Below the pieces are notes generated by a model that saw only the letters and a program-made list of their open reading frames with translations, did not search any database and was not told where the DNA came from. The position numbers and the translations under genes are program-made. Of a stretch of DNA of 44,880 bases, positions 35,914 through 44,880 are shown in pieces; position 1 is the stretch's first letter; each line of letters starts with the position of its first letter. Source of the stretch: a virus (Duplodnaviria; Caudoviricetes); the IMG/VR virus record IMGVR_UViG_3300046789_000068, positions 1 through 44,880 of that record, one strand, 5' to 3'.

Positions 35914-36113
35914 GACCGCGCAAGACGGCTTGGATCAGCTAGCTTGGACGCTCACCGCCACATCGCCGCGTTTAGGCACGCGTGCCAAGCGTTTCGCCTA
36001 GTGTGTTTTTTCACTCACGCGCGCGCCGCACACGCGCGTACACTCTGCGCTTTTGTGCTGTGCGCGGATTTCACTTGCGAACCGTGGCGGATCTGTCGCA
36101 TCCCATACCGCCT

Positions 36114-36617
36114 ATGCACCGCTACACAGATCCGTGGGCGTGGGGAGCGGATGTCGGAATCAAATGGTGGCCGGCGGATGCGACGGATCCGCAAGTCACA
36201 TTGGAGCAAGTGGCGGACGTGCTTCGTAGGAGGCCCGATACGATCGCGATCATCCGGTATGACGACAACCGGCCGAGCGAAAGCCTAGCGGCTCACTGCG
36301 CGATCGCGATGGCCCCGGTTATGCGGATGCCGATGTCCGAGCTCACGCAACACGTGATGGTTAGCCCCGATGCAATTTGGGAGGCTTGCGCGGAACTGAT
36401 CGACGCGTCCGGGAACCCGGACGCGATCTTGGCGTTGCCATATCCGGTGTGGTCGCCGCTGACTTATCACGCTTGGATGATCCGCGATTTCGAGTCGAAT
36501 CTCGGGATCCCCCGTCGGAGTCTGGCGATGGCGCCGGAGCTTCACGGTCGGGGCCCAGCGCTAGCCGAATTGATTCTTTCGGCCCTAACCGCGCATGTAA
36601 TTCCGCGCGCGCGTTGA
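36114..36617 (+). CDS. hypothetical protein overlapping the repressor 3' end in antisense
   Basis: Globular-looking sequence and GC-rich third positions from MHRYTDPW; start uncertain (frame open from 35982). Confidence 0.5.
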   Translation: MHRYTDPWAWGADVGIKWWPADATDPQVTLEQVADVLRRRPDTIAIIRYDDNRPSESLAAHCAIAMAPVMRMPMSELTQHVMVSPDAIWEACAELIDASGNPDAILALPYPVWSPLTYHAWMIRDFESNLGIPRRSLAMAPELHGRGPALAELILSALTAHVIPRAR

Positions 36618-37131
36618 CAGCCGTGCGCGTGGCCACTTTCACGGCTTCGGCTTCATCCGCGCCGCCACGCACCGAAGCGTCCCACGCTTCGGCAAAGGCT
36701 AGTGCGTAGTCCAGCGTGACGCGTTGCAACTGGCCCCGCGGGGACTCCATGTGCACCACCAAGGCTTCGCGCGCCGCCGGTGAAACTCCCACGCGGTCCA
36801 GCGCGATACGGAGCATGCCAAGGTCCAGAGAATGCGCGCCGGCCCCGTGGCCTTGCGTGGGCACGGTGGGCGCCACCGGTTCCGGCCGTGGGTCTGTTCC
36901 GAAGATCAAATCATCCGTAGTCACGCGGAGCACTACCGCCGCTTGACGGATGTTCGGGATGCTTGGCGAATAGGGGTTAGTAGGTGACTCCCAATTGGCC
37001 ACCACCGAATAGCCCACCTTGAGTGCACGCGCGAACGTAGCGCGATTGAATCCACGCGCTTCGTACAAAGCGCGGATCCGCGCTTGAACCGTGGAAGCGG
37101 CTAGCGGGTTTTGGCTACGGTCACTAGTCAC
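36361..37131 (-). CDS. CI-like XRE repressor
   Basis: IRALYEARGFNRATFARALKVGYSVVANWE HTH; divergent from a Cro-like gene; no S24 peptidase seen. Confidence 0.8.
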   Translation of the reverse strand: MTSDRSQNPLAASTVQARIRALYEARGFNRATFARALKVGYSVVANWESPTNPYSPSIPNIRQAAVVLRVTTDDLIFGTDPRPEPVAPTVPTQGHGAGAHSLDLGMLRIALDRVGVSPAAREALVVHMESPRGQLQRVTLDYALAFAEAWDASVRGGADEAEAVKVATRTAVNARAELHARLGPKESIRLALGPDREAPAPSPDSDGGSRDSTRNRGSSKRDKSAATTPDMATPRSRPGSRTRRSVPRKPPKLHRG

Positions 37132-37266
37132 ATGTGCATAGATGCAAGATGTAACCCTGTCCAGTCAAGGGGCAAACGCAGTCCGGGAAACCCACCCAAA
37201 CCCCGAAATTGCCGTGAGTGTGTGCTCTCAAGGCACTTTCGGTCACCCCGTAGCATAGTCACGCGT

Positions 37267-37304
37267 TACACGATCCATTCACGCACGGACGCATGGATCG
37301 TGTA
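37267..37304. promoter_or_regulatory. dyad operator upstream of the Cro-like gene
   Basis: TACACGATCCA-N16-TGGATCGTGTA, same spacing as 35874. Confidence 0.75.
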
Positions 37305-37306
37305 GC

Positions 37307-37702
37307 GTGGCCGTCCCTATGCCCACCACCGAATCGATAGAACCTAACCGACCTACCACCGCGCTTTTGCGGTGGTTTCTCGCTGATCCTAACCGGCACA
37401 TTACTGTGTGTGCCAAGGAGTGGGGAGTGTCCACGCTATGGCTGATCGCCCACGGCCGTGTCCGGGCCGGTTGGGACAACGCGGCCAAGATCGTCCAACA
37501 TACCGGCGGAGCTGTCACTATGGCGGATCTGTGTGGGCCCGTGGCCGGCCCTAGCACGCGTCACAAGCGCAAGCCGAAGCCCGCGGCCAAGGCCAAGGCC
37601 AAGCCGAAGTCCACGCGCGCCACCGGCCGTGCCGCGGCCCGCACGCGCACGCGTGCCACCACCACCACGTCCCGCCGCGGCCGGAAGGCGGTGGCATCAT
37701 GA
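37307..37702 (+). CDS. Cro-like HTH protein with Lys/Arg/Ala-rich tail
   Basis: CAKEWGVSTLWLIAHGR...TGGAVT..DL pattern; divergent from the repressor; ATG 37319 is an alternative start. Confidence 0.75.
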   Translation: MAVPMPTTESIEPNRPTTALLRWFLADPNRHITVCAKEWGVSTLWLIAHGRVRAGWDNAAKIVQHTGGAVTMADLCGPVAGPSTRHKRKPKPAAKAKAKPKSTRATGRAAARTRTRATTTTSRRGRKAVAS

Positions 37703-38376
37703 GCGACGATCAAGGCAAGCCGCCCACGCCCACCACCGACGAACGGCCGGTGATCTCCACCGAAGTCCGGGATCTCGCGTGCCAGCTTACCGATACGGAA
37801 AAGCTGGATCGTGGTGCACGGATGGCCGCCGCGGCCGAGCAAGCCGCGGCACTCAAAGCGGACGCGGCCGAGCTGTCCAAGTTGGCACGCTCCCACGCGC
37901 GCGAAGCCGGCCGAATCGCCACCGTGGTCCACGCGGGTTTCGAGATGCGGGCCATCACCGTGGAATGGCGCGCGAACTATCACGAACGCTCCAAGACCGC
38001 ACACCGCACGGACACCGGGGAAGCGCTCGACACTATCGCGCTCACCGCGGCGGAGCTACAGCTCACGCTAGACGCGGTGGATCCGCCCACGGTGGCCGCG
38101 CCGGTGCCTATCGGCGCGCGCCGCCGCCGCCGCCACCATGGCTTGGCCGTGGTGCCTAACGCGCCACCGCCGCCGGCCGAGCTCACCGTGGCCGAAGCCT
38201 TGGAACACATCGCAAACGCCACCGGCGCCGGCGCCGGCACACAGTCCGCACACAAACCGCCGGGGATGATCACACACCACGAATACGGGGAGCGTACACC
38301 GGACCCCGTGCCAATCCCCGGAGCTGAACCCCACCCCACCACCGCGAACCCGGAGCACGATCACGCGGAGGTGTAG
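37699..38376 (+). CDS. hypothetical protein
   Basis: ATGA-coupled; coiled-coil N-terminal half. Confidence 0.65.
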   Translation: MSDDQGKPPTPTTDERPVISTEVRDLACQLTDTEKLDRGARMAAAAEQAAALKADAAELSKLARSHAREAGRIATVVHAGFEMRAITVEWRANYHERSKTAHRTDTGEALDTIALTAAELQLTLDAVDPPTVAAPVPIGARRRRRHHGLAVVPNAPPPPAELTVAEALEHIANATGAGAGTQSAHKPPGMITHHEYGERTPDPVPIPGAEPHPTTANPEHDHAEV

Positions 38377-38381
38377 TCCAC

Positions 38382-40913
38382 ATGGCCCGCGGCGATGATG
38401 ATACGGAGTCCAAACGCAAGCCTGACTACACCCCGCCGCCGCTTCCCCCGCCCACGGCGCGCACGCTCACCGAAGCCCACCGGCGGCACCTTCGCGAATC
38501 TTCCGGACTCACCGATGCGACGATAGACGCGGCCGATCTGTACTCGATTGAAACGCGTGATGAAGCGATCGCTTTGCTCGGCCGCACGCATCCGCTCCAC
38601 TCCGGCTTCGCGATCGCGTTCCCGTTCCACTTGCCCGGCGCGCCACCACTGGCCCCGTTCGCGTTTCGCGTGCGGCCCGATCACCCATGGTATGACAAAA
38701 GCCGCAAGCGTCACGCCAAGTACGATCAGCCGTCCGGAGTGGGGATCATGGTCTACTTCCCGCCGCGTGCGCGCGCGGACGGCGCGCTCCAATCGGACGG
38801 GACACAACTGTGGACGGAAGGTGAAAAAAAGGCGTTAGCCTTAGAACAGTTAGGCTACACGGTGGTGGGTCTAACCGGGGTGGATTCGTGGTCCGCGAAG
38901 CGCGCCAAGGGGGATCGCGGGCCGCGCAAGCTCCACCCCACGATCTTGTCCCACGTCCGGATCACCGGCCGCGAACACGTCTTAGTGTACGATCAAGACG
39001 CGTGGGAAAAGCCCGAAGTGATGAAGGCTACGCGCGCGTTCCGGGACGCTTTGATCGAAGCCGGGGCCACGGCCGTGTGGTTCGTCACGCCTCCCCAAAA
39101 GTGCCCGCACAAAGGGATCGATGATTACTTGGCCGCGTTCGGGCCCGAACAAACGCGCCAAGTGATCGAGCAAGACGCGCAATTGCTCCAAGACCCCGCG
39201 GAGCTCACCGCCACGGCGGCCAGCGCGGTGGAGTGCTTGGCCGGCGCGCCAATCCCCGCGGACATGGTGATCCCCCGGGGATACCAGATCTCCGCCACCG
39301 GGCTAGTGACGTGCGCGGCGGGGGACAGAACGGTGGTGGTGGGCCCGGCCCCGATCATGATCACGGCGCGTGCCGCGGACTACGTGACCGGGGAACAGAA
39401 CGCCACCGTGACGTGGAAAGCGAACGGCGCGTGGGCCACGGCCCAGGTGACGCGCAAAGCCTTGATCGATGCACGGGCCATGGTGGCGGAGCTCGGCCCC
39501 GTGGGCGCGCCGGTGACGAGCCAAACGGCCAAGTACATGGCCCCGTGGTTCTTGGCCTTGGAGATCGCGAATGAGTCCGTGCTCCCGGTGGCGCGGGCCG
39601 TATCGCACACCGGATGGATCGGCACCCCGGGGGAAGCCGGCGCGGCTTTCGTGCTGGACCACGCGGACGGGTTCACCGTGGCCGGGGAGCTGGACCGCGT
39701 GGCCCCGGCACTTCGGCCCCGCGGGGACTTCGAAGCCCACGCGGCGGCCCTGCGGCGCGCGTGGGACACGGGGCCAATCATGCGGCGGATCATGTGTGCC
39801 GCTTTGGCCGCCACGCTCCTAAAGCCACTGCGAAGCCGCGGCTTCGCGCTCCACCTATGCGGGGATTCGTCCCGCGGCAAAACGACCATGTTGCGGATCG
39901 CGGCTTCGATCTTCGGGGATCCGGACGATCCCGCGTGGGTGGCCACGTGGAACACCACCGCGAACGCGGCCGAGCTCCGCGCCGCCACGCTTTCGGACTT
40001 GCCGCTTTGCTACGATGAAGTGGGCGCAAGTGACCCCGTCACGGTCCAGCGCTTGATCTACACGCTCGCCAATGGTGAGTCCCGGGGAAGACTCACGGCC
40101 ACCGCCGCCGCGCAACGCGCGCGCCATTGGCGGACGGTGGTGCTATCGGCCGGGGAAGTCCCCTTGGGCGAAGGGATGGCCACCGGCGCGCAAGCCCGCG
40201 TGGTGGCGCTCAACGTGGAAGGCTTCGGCACTTTGGACGGTGACGCGGCCGCGATCCACGCGCTTGCTTCGGACTGTGCGCGCCACGCGGGGAGCTTCGG
40301 GGCCCGGTGGATCGCGGAGCTCTTGGCGCAAGATCCGGATGGGTGGGCCCACGTGGTCCAGCTTCGGGATCACGCACGGGCCAAGTATCTAGGCGGCACC
40401 GTGGCGGCCGGAGTCCGCTCCCGCACGGCGGACTACTATTCCCTGTTAGGCGTGGTGGAAGCGCTTTTGGTGCAAGCCTACGGCTTCGCGGAACACGAAT
40501 CCGTGTGCAGTGGCCAGCACGCGGACGGGGTGGATCCGGAGCCAATCGAAAGCGCGGCCGAAGCCATGGCGGCGGAGCTCGAAACCTGGATCGCGTCCAA
40601 TCCCGAAGCGTTCCCCACCGCGCAGCAAACCACACGCGGATCGGTGCGGCCGCCGCACTCGCACCCCGGGCCGCGCCATGGGATCCGCGTGGTGGACGAT
40701 ACCGGGGAAGTAATTGAAACGTGGCTCAATGCGCGATCGCTTAGGGATCTATTCGTCAAGCATAATAGATCTTACATGTCAGTCATGCGTGAGTGGGCGA
40801 AAGCCGGACGCATCGAAACCACGCCCAATGACGATCGCTTCCGCCCCGAAGCGCGGCGGACGATCGTGAATCAAGGGAAAGCACGCTATGTGGTGTGGAA
40901 ACGCACAGAGTGA
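38382..40913 (+). CDS. primase-helicase (DUF3854-type TOPRIM + DUF927 SF3-like helicase)
   Basis: TEGEKKA, YDQD and KGIDDY TOPRIM motifs; Walker A GDSSRGKTT, Walker B LCYDE. Confidence 0.88.
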   Translation: MARGDDDTESKRKPDYTPPPLPPPTARTLTEAHRRHLRESSGLTDATIDAADLYSIETRDEAIALLGRTHPLHSGFAIAFPFHLPGAPPLAPFAFRVRPDHPWYDKSRKRHAKYDQPSGVGIMVYFPPRARADGALQSDGTQLWTEGEKKALALEQLGYTVVGLTGVDSWSAKRAKGDRGPRKLHPTILSHVRITGREHVLVYDQDAWEKPEVMKATRAFRDALIEAGATAVWFVTPPQKCPHKGIDDYLAAFGPEQTRQVIEQDAQLLQDPAELTATAASAVECLAGAPIPADMVIPRGYQISATGLVTCAAGDRTVVVGPAPIMITARAADYVTGEQNATVTWKANGAWATAQVTRKALIDARAMVAELGPVGAPVTSQTAKYMAPWFLALEIANESVLPVARAVSHTGWIGTPGEAGAAFVLDHADGFTVAGELDRVAPALRPRGDFEAHAAALRRAWDTGPIMRRIMCAALAATLLKPLRSRGFALHLCGDSSRGKTTMLRIAASIFGDPDDPAWVATWNTTANAAELRAATLSDLPLCYDEVGASDPVTVQRLIYTLANGESRGRLTATAAAQRARHWRTVVLSAGEVPLGEGMATGAQARVVALNVEGFGTLDGDAAAIHALASDCARHAGSFGARWIAELLAQDPDGWAHVVQLRDHARAKYLGGTVAAGVRSRTADYYSLLGVVEALLVQAYGFAEHESVCSGQHADGVDPEPIESAAEAMAAELETWIASNPEAFPTAQQTTRGSVRPPHSHPGPRHGIRVVDDTGEVIETWLNARSLRDLFVKHNRSYMSVMREWAKAGRIETTPNDDRFRPEARRTIVNQGKARYVVWKRTE

Positions 40914-40929
40914 TCGAAGCGGCGCGCAA

Positions 40930-41250
40930 TGTGTCCCACGCGCACCGGGACACTGTGTCCCGTGGTCCCGCCGGGAGCATTTTCGAAATCCGCAAGGGTT
41001 TCGAACCCTTGCGGCAATGTGTCCCATGTGTCCCATGTGTCCCGTGAAATCAAACGCTCACACATGTGTGTGTGCGGGTGTGCGTGCGTGGGCGGGTGCG
41101 CGTGCGTGGGCGCGCACATGAAGGGGTATTCAAATGACGGGACACATGGGACACATGGGACACATTGGCGGAACTAGCCGAAATCACTAGGAAAACCGGG
41201 ATAGGGACATCTATTTCTTTGGGACACTTTACGGGACACCTTGGGACACA
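40930..41250. repeat. iteron-like GGGACAC/GTGTCCC repeat cluster, probable replication origin
   Basis: About 13 copies, including a perfect 31-bp inverted repeat 41015-41045/41137-41167, directly after the primase-helicase gene. Confidence 0.8.
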
Positions 41251-41287
41251 TTGTGGAATAACCGCGAAATCATTAGGGATTTTGAAA

Positions 41288-41872
41288 ATGCGCTTCCAGG
41301 ACATCAGGATCGGCACGCCCACGCCTACGCCTACGCCCATGCCTACCGCGGACCCCGCGCCGGCCCCGCCGCCGGGCCCGGCCCCGGAGGTGGGTTCCCC
41401 CGCGCCGCCACCGGCCCCGGAAGCTCCGCGGGGGACGCTTCCCCTTGGCGTGCCGCTTCCGGCCGGCATGGAGGCTGCGGAACGGCTTGCGCTGGCCGAG
41501 CTGGCCGAGCTCCCCGCGGCCGGGCCGTGGGGGGAGCTCCCGCTTCCCTTCGCCTTGGTTTGGCTATGCGGTAAGCGCGCCGTATTCCATACATGGCACA
41601 CCGTTACCTACTCACACTTACGGCGCCAATCGGTGACCGTACTTCATCCTACAGAGTGGGACGCTCTGTGTGTAGGTGCGCTAAACGACCGCGGTTCTCA
41701 CATCATCGCACAGTGGGTGGAGAGGAAGGTTCGAAACCCACTATTCGAGATATCCACCGACCTAGCACTAGGTGGCGTTGTCGCAGAACCTACCACCAAA
41801 ACCTTCACTATCGCACAGGTCGGAAAGTCATGGGGCCTTAGCCTAGCGGGGTGTGTGTATGGCCCGCAATAG
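41288..41872 (+). CDS. hypothetical protein with Pro-rich N-terminus
   Basis: ATG 41288 chosen because upstream in-frame codons run through the iterons. Confidence 0.55.
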   Translation: MRFQDIRIGTPTPTPTPMPTADPAPAPPPGPAPEVGSPAPPPAPEAPRGTLPLGVPLPAGMEAAERLALAELAELPAAGPWGELPLPFALVWLCGKRAVFHTWHTVTYSHLRRQSVTVLHPTEWDALCVGALNDRGSHIIAQWVERKVRNPLFEISTDLALGGVVAEPTTKTFTIAQVGKSWGLSLAGCVYGPQ

Positions 41873-42452
41873 GTGGGCAAAACGTGGCCCGCGTGGGCCA
41901 AAGCCTAGCCATCGCAGGACACCTAATCCTAAGCTCACCTTGTCCGCAGCCGCGCCGTGGAAGTGTACCGTTTTGGGGATAGATACCGCATCAAAATCCG
42001 GCTTTGCGCTTCGCGTGCGGGGTGTGCTTTGGAGTAGCGGGGAGCTCGACACGGAAGACCGCATCACGGTGGCGTGGGTAGTGGACCGCGCCTTGCGGGC
42101 CGCATTCGAAAGCGAAACCGTCTTAGTGGTGATTCTAGAATCACCATGGGGTGGAAACCGTAAGACACTGTTAGGTCTTGGCGCGGCCCGTGAACGTTGG
42201 ATGTCCGAGCTCCGGGAGCGGAAGGTGGCGAAGCGGCGGATCTTGAGTGTGCTTCCGGCGCGGTGGCGGCGGCCGCTGTTCGGGCCGGCGGCGGCGCGCG
42301 CGCGCCGGGAACAGATCCGCGCCTTGGAGCTGGCCGCGGCCCAAGCCGAAACCGGGCTAGCCAGTATTGGCCCGGATGAAGCCGCCGCGATCGGGATCTC
42401 CCGGTGGGGAGCACGGGCCGCGGAAGTGGGGAAGGTGCTTCCGAAGCGTTAG
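41859..42452 (+). CDS. RuvC-like Holliday junction resolvase
   Basis: VLGIDTA, VILESP and DEAAAIGI acidic motifs. Confidence 0.75.
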   Translation: MARNRWAKRGPRGPKPSHRRTPNPKLTLSAAAPWKCTVLGIDTASKSGFALRVRGVLWSSGELDTEDRITVAWVVDRALRAAFESETVLVVILESPWGGNRKTLLGLGAARERWMSELRERKVAKRRILSVLPARWRRPLFGPAAARARREQIRALELAAAQAETGLASIGPDEAAAIGISRWGARAAEVGKVLPKR

Positions 42453-42471
42453 CACGCGTGCAAAGCCGTAC

Positions 42472-42508
42472 ATGGATCGTGTAGGTTCCCACCTATCGAT
42501 CGTGTAGG
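42472..42508 (+). promoter_or_regulatory. tandem operator copies before the antirepressor-like gene
   Basis: ATGGATCGTGTAGG and ATCGATCGTGTAGG, 23-bp period. Confidence 0.7.
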
Positions 42509-42516
42509 AGGCATGC

Positions 42517-43416
42517 ATGGACGGCGGAAAAGGGACCGGCGGGGAATCGTTTGAAGCCACATCGTTCGCGGGGTTCGCTCTGAGTAAAGCGTTCGCCGAT
42601 GGCAAGGCGCGGATCCGGGATGTGGAGCTAGGGGAGCGGCTTGGCTACTCGGAAACGCGCTTCGTTCGGAGGCTGATCAAGTCGCTTCAAAAAAGCAAAA
42701 GGCTCAATGATGTCCGCGAGCGTGCCACCGCGGCACGCTTGGCGTTTGGGCCCGATCGGGCCAAGGCCGAATATTGGCTCACGCGGGATCAAGCGCTGTT
42801 CGTGATCATCCGGTCCGATCAGCCGATCGCACTCGCGATCACGGCCGAAGTGATCGCGGTGTTCGAAGCCTACTTGGACGGGAAGCTTTCGGGCACGGCC
42901 GCGGCAAACCAGCACGCGGCGGAAGTGGCCGAGCTCCGCGCCGCCTTGGCCGAGCTCCGCGGGGAGTTTCGCGCGCTGGCCACCAAGCACACTCACCTAC
43001 TCGAATCCAGCACCAAGCGCGGGGAAGCTCCGATCGCGCCGGAGACACACGCTTGGCTCATAGGTGAGATCAAGCGGATCGCGGTGCTGGAAGTGGCGGC
43101 CGGTGACTGGCCGCTGCGCACGGGCAAGCCCACGCGGAAAGACACACGGGAAGCGGCCGTCAAGCGCGCCATGACGGGGATCCGAAACGCCCTATCTGAC
43201 AACCGTCAGATCGATTGGGGACGCAAGGGGAAGCCGTGGCACCGGTTCCCGGCCAACCGCTTCGGGGAAGTTGTGGGAGCGTTAGGCGCGCGCGAAGTGG
43301 ACGTCATGCGCAAGCTTCGCAACGGGATCGCGGTGGTGCGTGCGATCCGTGAAAATGAGGGTCAAATGACGTTTGGGGATCTGTTTGACGCGCTGGCCAG
43401 CAAGCGCACCAACTAA
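42517..43416 (+). CDS. antirepressor-like protein (Bro/Rha-type N-terminal domain + coiled coil)
   Basis: RIRDVELGERLGY...EYWLTRDQALFVIIRS pattern; GGAGG RBS. Confidence 0.65.
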   Translation: MDGGKGTGGESFEATSFAGFALSKAFADGKARIRDVELGERLGYSETRFVRRLIKSLQKSKRLNDVRERATAARLAFGPDRAKAEYWLTRDQALFVIIRSDQPIALAITAEVIAVFEAYLDGKLSGTAAANQHAAEVAELRAALAELRGEFRALATKHTHLLESSTKRGEAPIAPETHAWLIGEIKRIAVLEVAAGDWPLRTGKPTRKDTREAAVKRAMTGIRNALSDNRQIDWGRKGKPWHRFPANRFGEVVGALGAREVDVMRKLRNGIAVVRAIRENEGQMTFGDLFDALASKRTN

Positions 43417-43430
43417 CAGGAGGTGACACA

Positions 43431-44132
43431 ATGGCCGCTGATGTTCAGATCTACCAATGCACACATCAAGAGCTCCAAGCGCGTGTGGAGCGCGTGGACG
43501 TTCTGATCGCGGATCCGCCGTTCAGTGACCGCGTCCACTTGGGCCAAAAGGTAAAGCGGCATGACGGCGCGCGCGGGGTCACGCTGGACGGCTTGGACTT
43601 CGCGCAATGGAGCGAGTCCCAAGCGTGCGCGTTCGTGGCCGGTTGGAGCCCACGCGTCACGCGTTGGATGGCCATTCTGTGCTCCCACGATCAGCTCCCC
43701 GTGTATGAGCTCGCGTTCAAGGCGGCCAGCCGCTACGTGTTCGCGCCGATCCCTTGCGTGATCCGTGGCATGACGTGCCGCATGGCCGGGGACGGCCCGT
43801 CCAGCTGGACCATATGGCTTTTGGTGGCCCGGCCGGTGGGAATGCGGCCCCTAAGCGGCACGCTCCCGGGAGCGTACATAGGGCCCCGGGAAAAGCTCTT
43901 GCTCCCCGGTTCGAAGCCGCTGTGGCTCATGTCCGAGCTAGTCACGGATTACACGCGGCCCGGGGACGTGGTGTGTGATCCGTGTGCCGGCACGGGGACC
44001 ACGGTGGTGGCCGCCATGCGGGCCGGCCGGACCGCGATCGGTGGGGAACCGGACGCTTCGCGCTTCGCCGTCTTACAGGGCCGAGTGTTTGCAGAACGGG
44101 ACGCCCAATGCGAGCCATTGACCCAAGCGTGA
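43431..44132 (+). CDS. DNA methyltransferase, N4-C/N6-A beta class
   Basis: Catalytic DPPF precedes SAM-binding DPCAGTGTT; KPLWLM motif. Confidence 0.88.
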   Translation: MAADVQIYQCTHQELQARVERVDVLIADPPFSDRVHLGQKVKRHDGARGVTLDGLDFAQWSESQACAFVAGWSPRVTRWMAILCSHDQLPVYELAFKAASRYVFAPIPCVIRGMTCRMAGDGPSSWTIWLLVARPVGMRPLSGTLPGAYIGPREKLLLPGSKPLWLMSELVTDYTRPGDVVCDPCAGTGTTVVAAMRAGRTAIGGEPDASRFAVLQGRVFAERDAQCEPLTQA

Positions 44133-44740
44133 TCGATCGGTGCGTGCCCGCGCCGCCGCCGGCCGAAGCCGAAGCGGCCGAGCTGATCGAAGCGGCCAAC
44201 GTCCACCGGGCCGAGCTCCGCGAAGCCATGCGGAGCAAGCTCACGCGCGCCTTGGAGCGGCTTCCGCCGGCCGAAGCGGAAGGGCTTCGCCTATGCTCGG
44301 AAGGCATGCGCCAAACGGACGTGGGCGCGCTTTGCGGCATGAGCCAGCAACGCTTGAGCTACAGGCTACTGCGCGCACAGTACCGGCTTAGACTGGCTGT
44401 CACGCTCCCGGAGCTCCACATGGACGTGGCCGAAGTGGCGCGCGCGCTGGGCACCATCACCCCGCGGCCCATGCGGCCGCTTATGGCCGCGGTCTTGGTG
44501 GACTATTGGGTCACGTCCAACGCGGGAGCCACGGCGCGCCGGCTTGGGATGAATGGGCGGACGGTGTGCCGTTACGTGGTCCAAGGGATCGCGTGCTTGG
44601 CGAAGGTGGTGGAGCGCAAGCCGGAGCTCCACCCCGTGCTCCGCGCGTTCGTGGTGCTTCGGATGCACGCTCATGTTCTAGGCGCGCGTGGGCGGGAGCT
44701 ACATGATCCGTGCAAGCCTGTTGACATGATCGCGGAGTAG
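44108..44740 (+). CDS. sigma70 region-4-like tandem HTH regulator (possible late activator)
   Basis: ALERLPP.E...L.L..EGM...DVG...GMS....SYRL.RA..RLR plus a second HTH (ATARRLGMNGRTV); last gene before the packaging module if circular. Confidence 0.7.
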   Translation: MRAIDPSVIDRCVPAPPPAEAEAAELIEAANVHRAELREAMRSKLTRALERLPPAEAEGLRLCSEGMRQTDVGALCGMSQQRLSYRLLRAQYRLRLAVTLPELHMDVAEVARALGTITPRPMRPLMAAVLVDYWVTSNAGATARRLGMNGRTVCRYVVQGIACLAKVVERKPELHPVLRAFVVLRMHAHVLGARGRELHDPCKPVDMIAE

Positions 44741-44880
44741 GTATAGGAGTGTGCGTGTTGGCGGCGGTGGGCGTTTGGTGGCATCGAAAACCCCTTGCGC
44801 ACACCGTGCCTACGTTTGTCATACCTAGCGCACATGTGCGCATATGACCCCCGGTGTCAACTGTTGTGGGGAGCGGGACG

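Noticed and set aside
44511-44860. Converging TTGACA boxes (44721 plus, 44855-44860 minus) and ORF 44511-44843(-)
   Set aside because: -10 boxes are poor, and the ORF overlaps the sigma-4-like gene with an implausible product

Overview
The window looks like a near-complete (~44.9 kb, GC-rich) temperate tailed phage genome with a contractile tail, opened just upstream of the terminase genes. The host is probably a myxobacterium, but that is an inference. 0.4-23.4 kb is a Mu-like head/tail morphogenesis operon: TerS/TerL, portal, S49 protease-scaffold, capsid, sheath, tube, frameshifted chaperone, tape measure, baseplate and fibres. 23.4-27.5 kb is an accessory island of small ORFs organised by nine copies of a 19-bp dyad/-35 element. 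Four copies drive leaderless genes, one drives a leadered gene, and four face inward and would all start transcripts with the same 12-16 nt sequence, three of them with no sense ORF. The island also holds a candidate immune-signal sponge and a zinc-finger/AT-hook/RHH regulator. It is followed by a tyrosine integrase and a leftward operon (Xis-like, HTH, split RecD2, SSB-like, Cas4/AddB-like nuclease). Next come a CI/Cro switch with a recurrent CTACACGATC operator, a TOPRIM primase-DUF927 helicase with an iteron origin, a RuvC-like resolvase, an antirepressor-like protein, a DNA methyltransferase and a sigma-region-4-like regulator. I found no recognisable endolysin, tRNA, CRISPR array or transposase. 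All family calls come from motif recognition by eye, not database searches.
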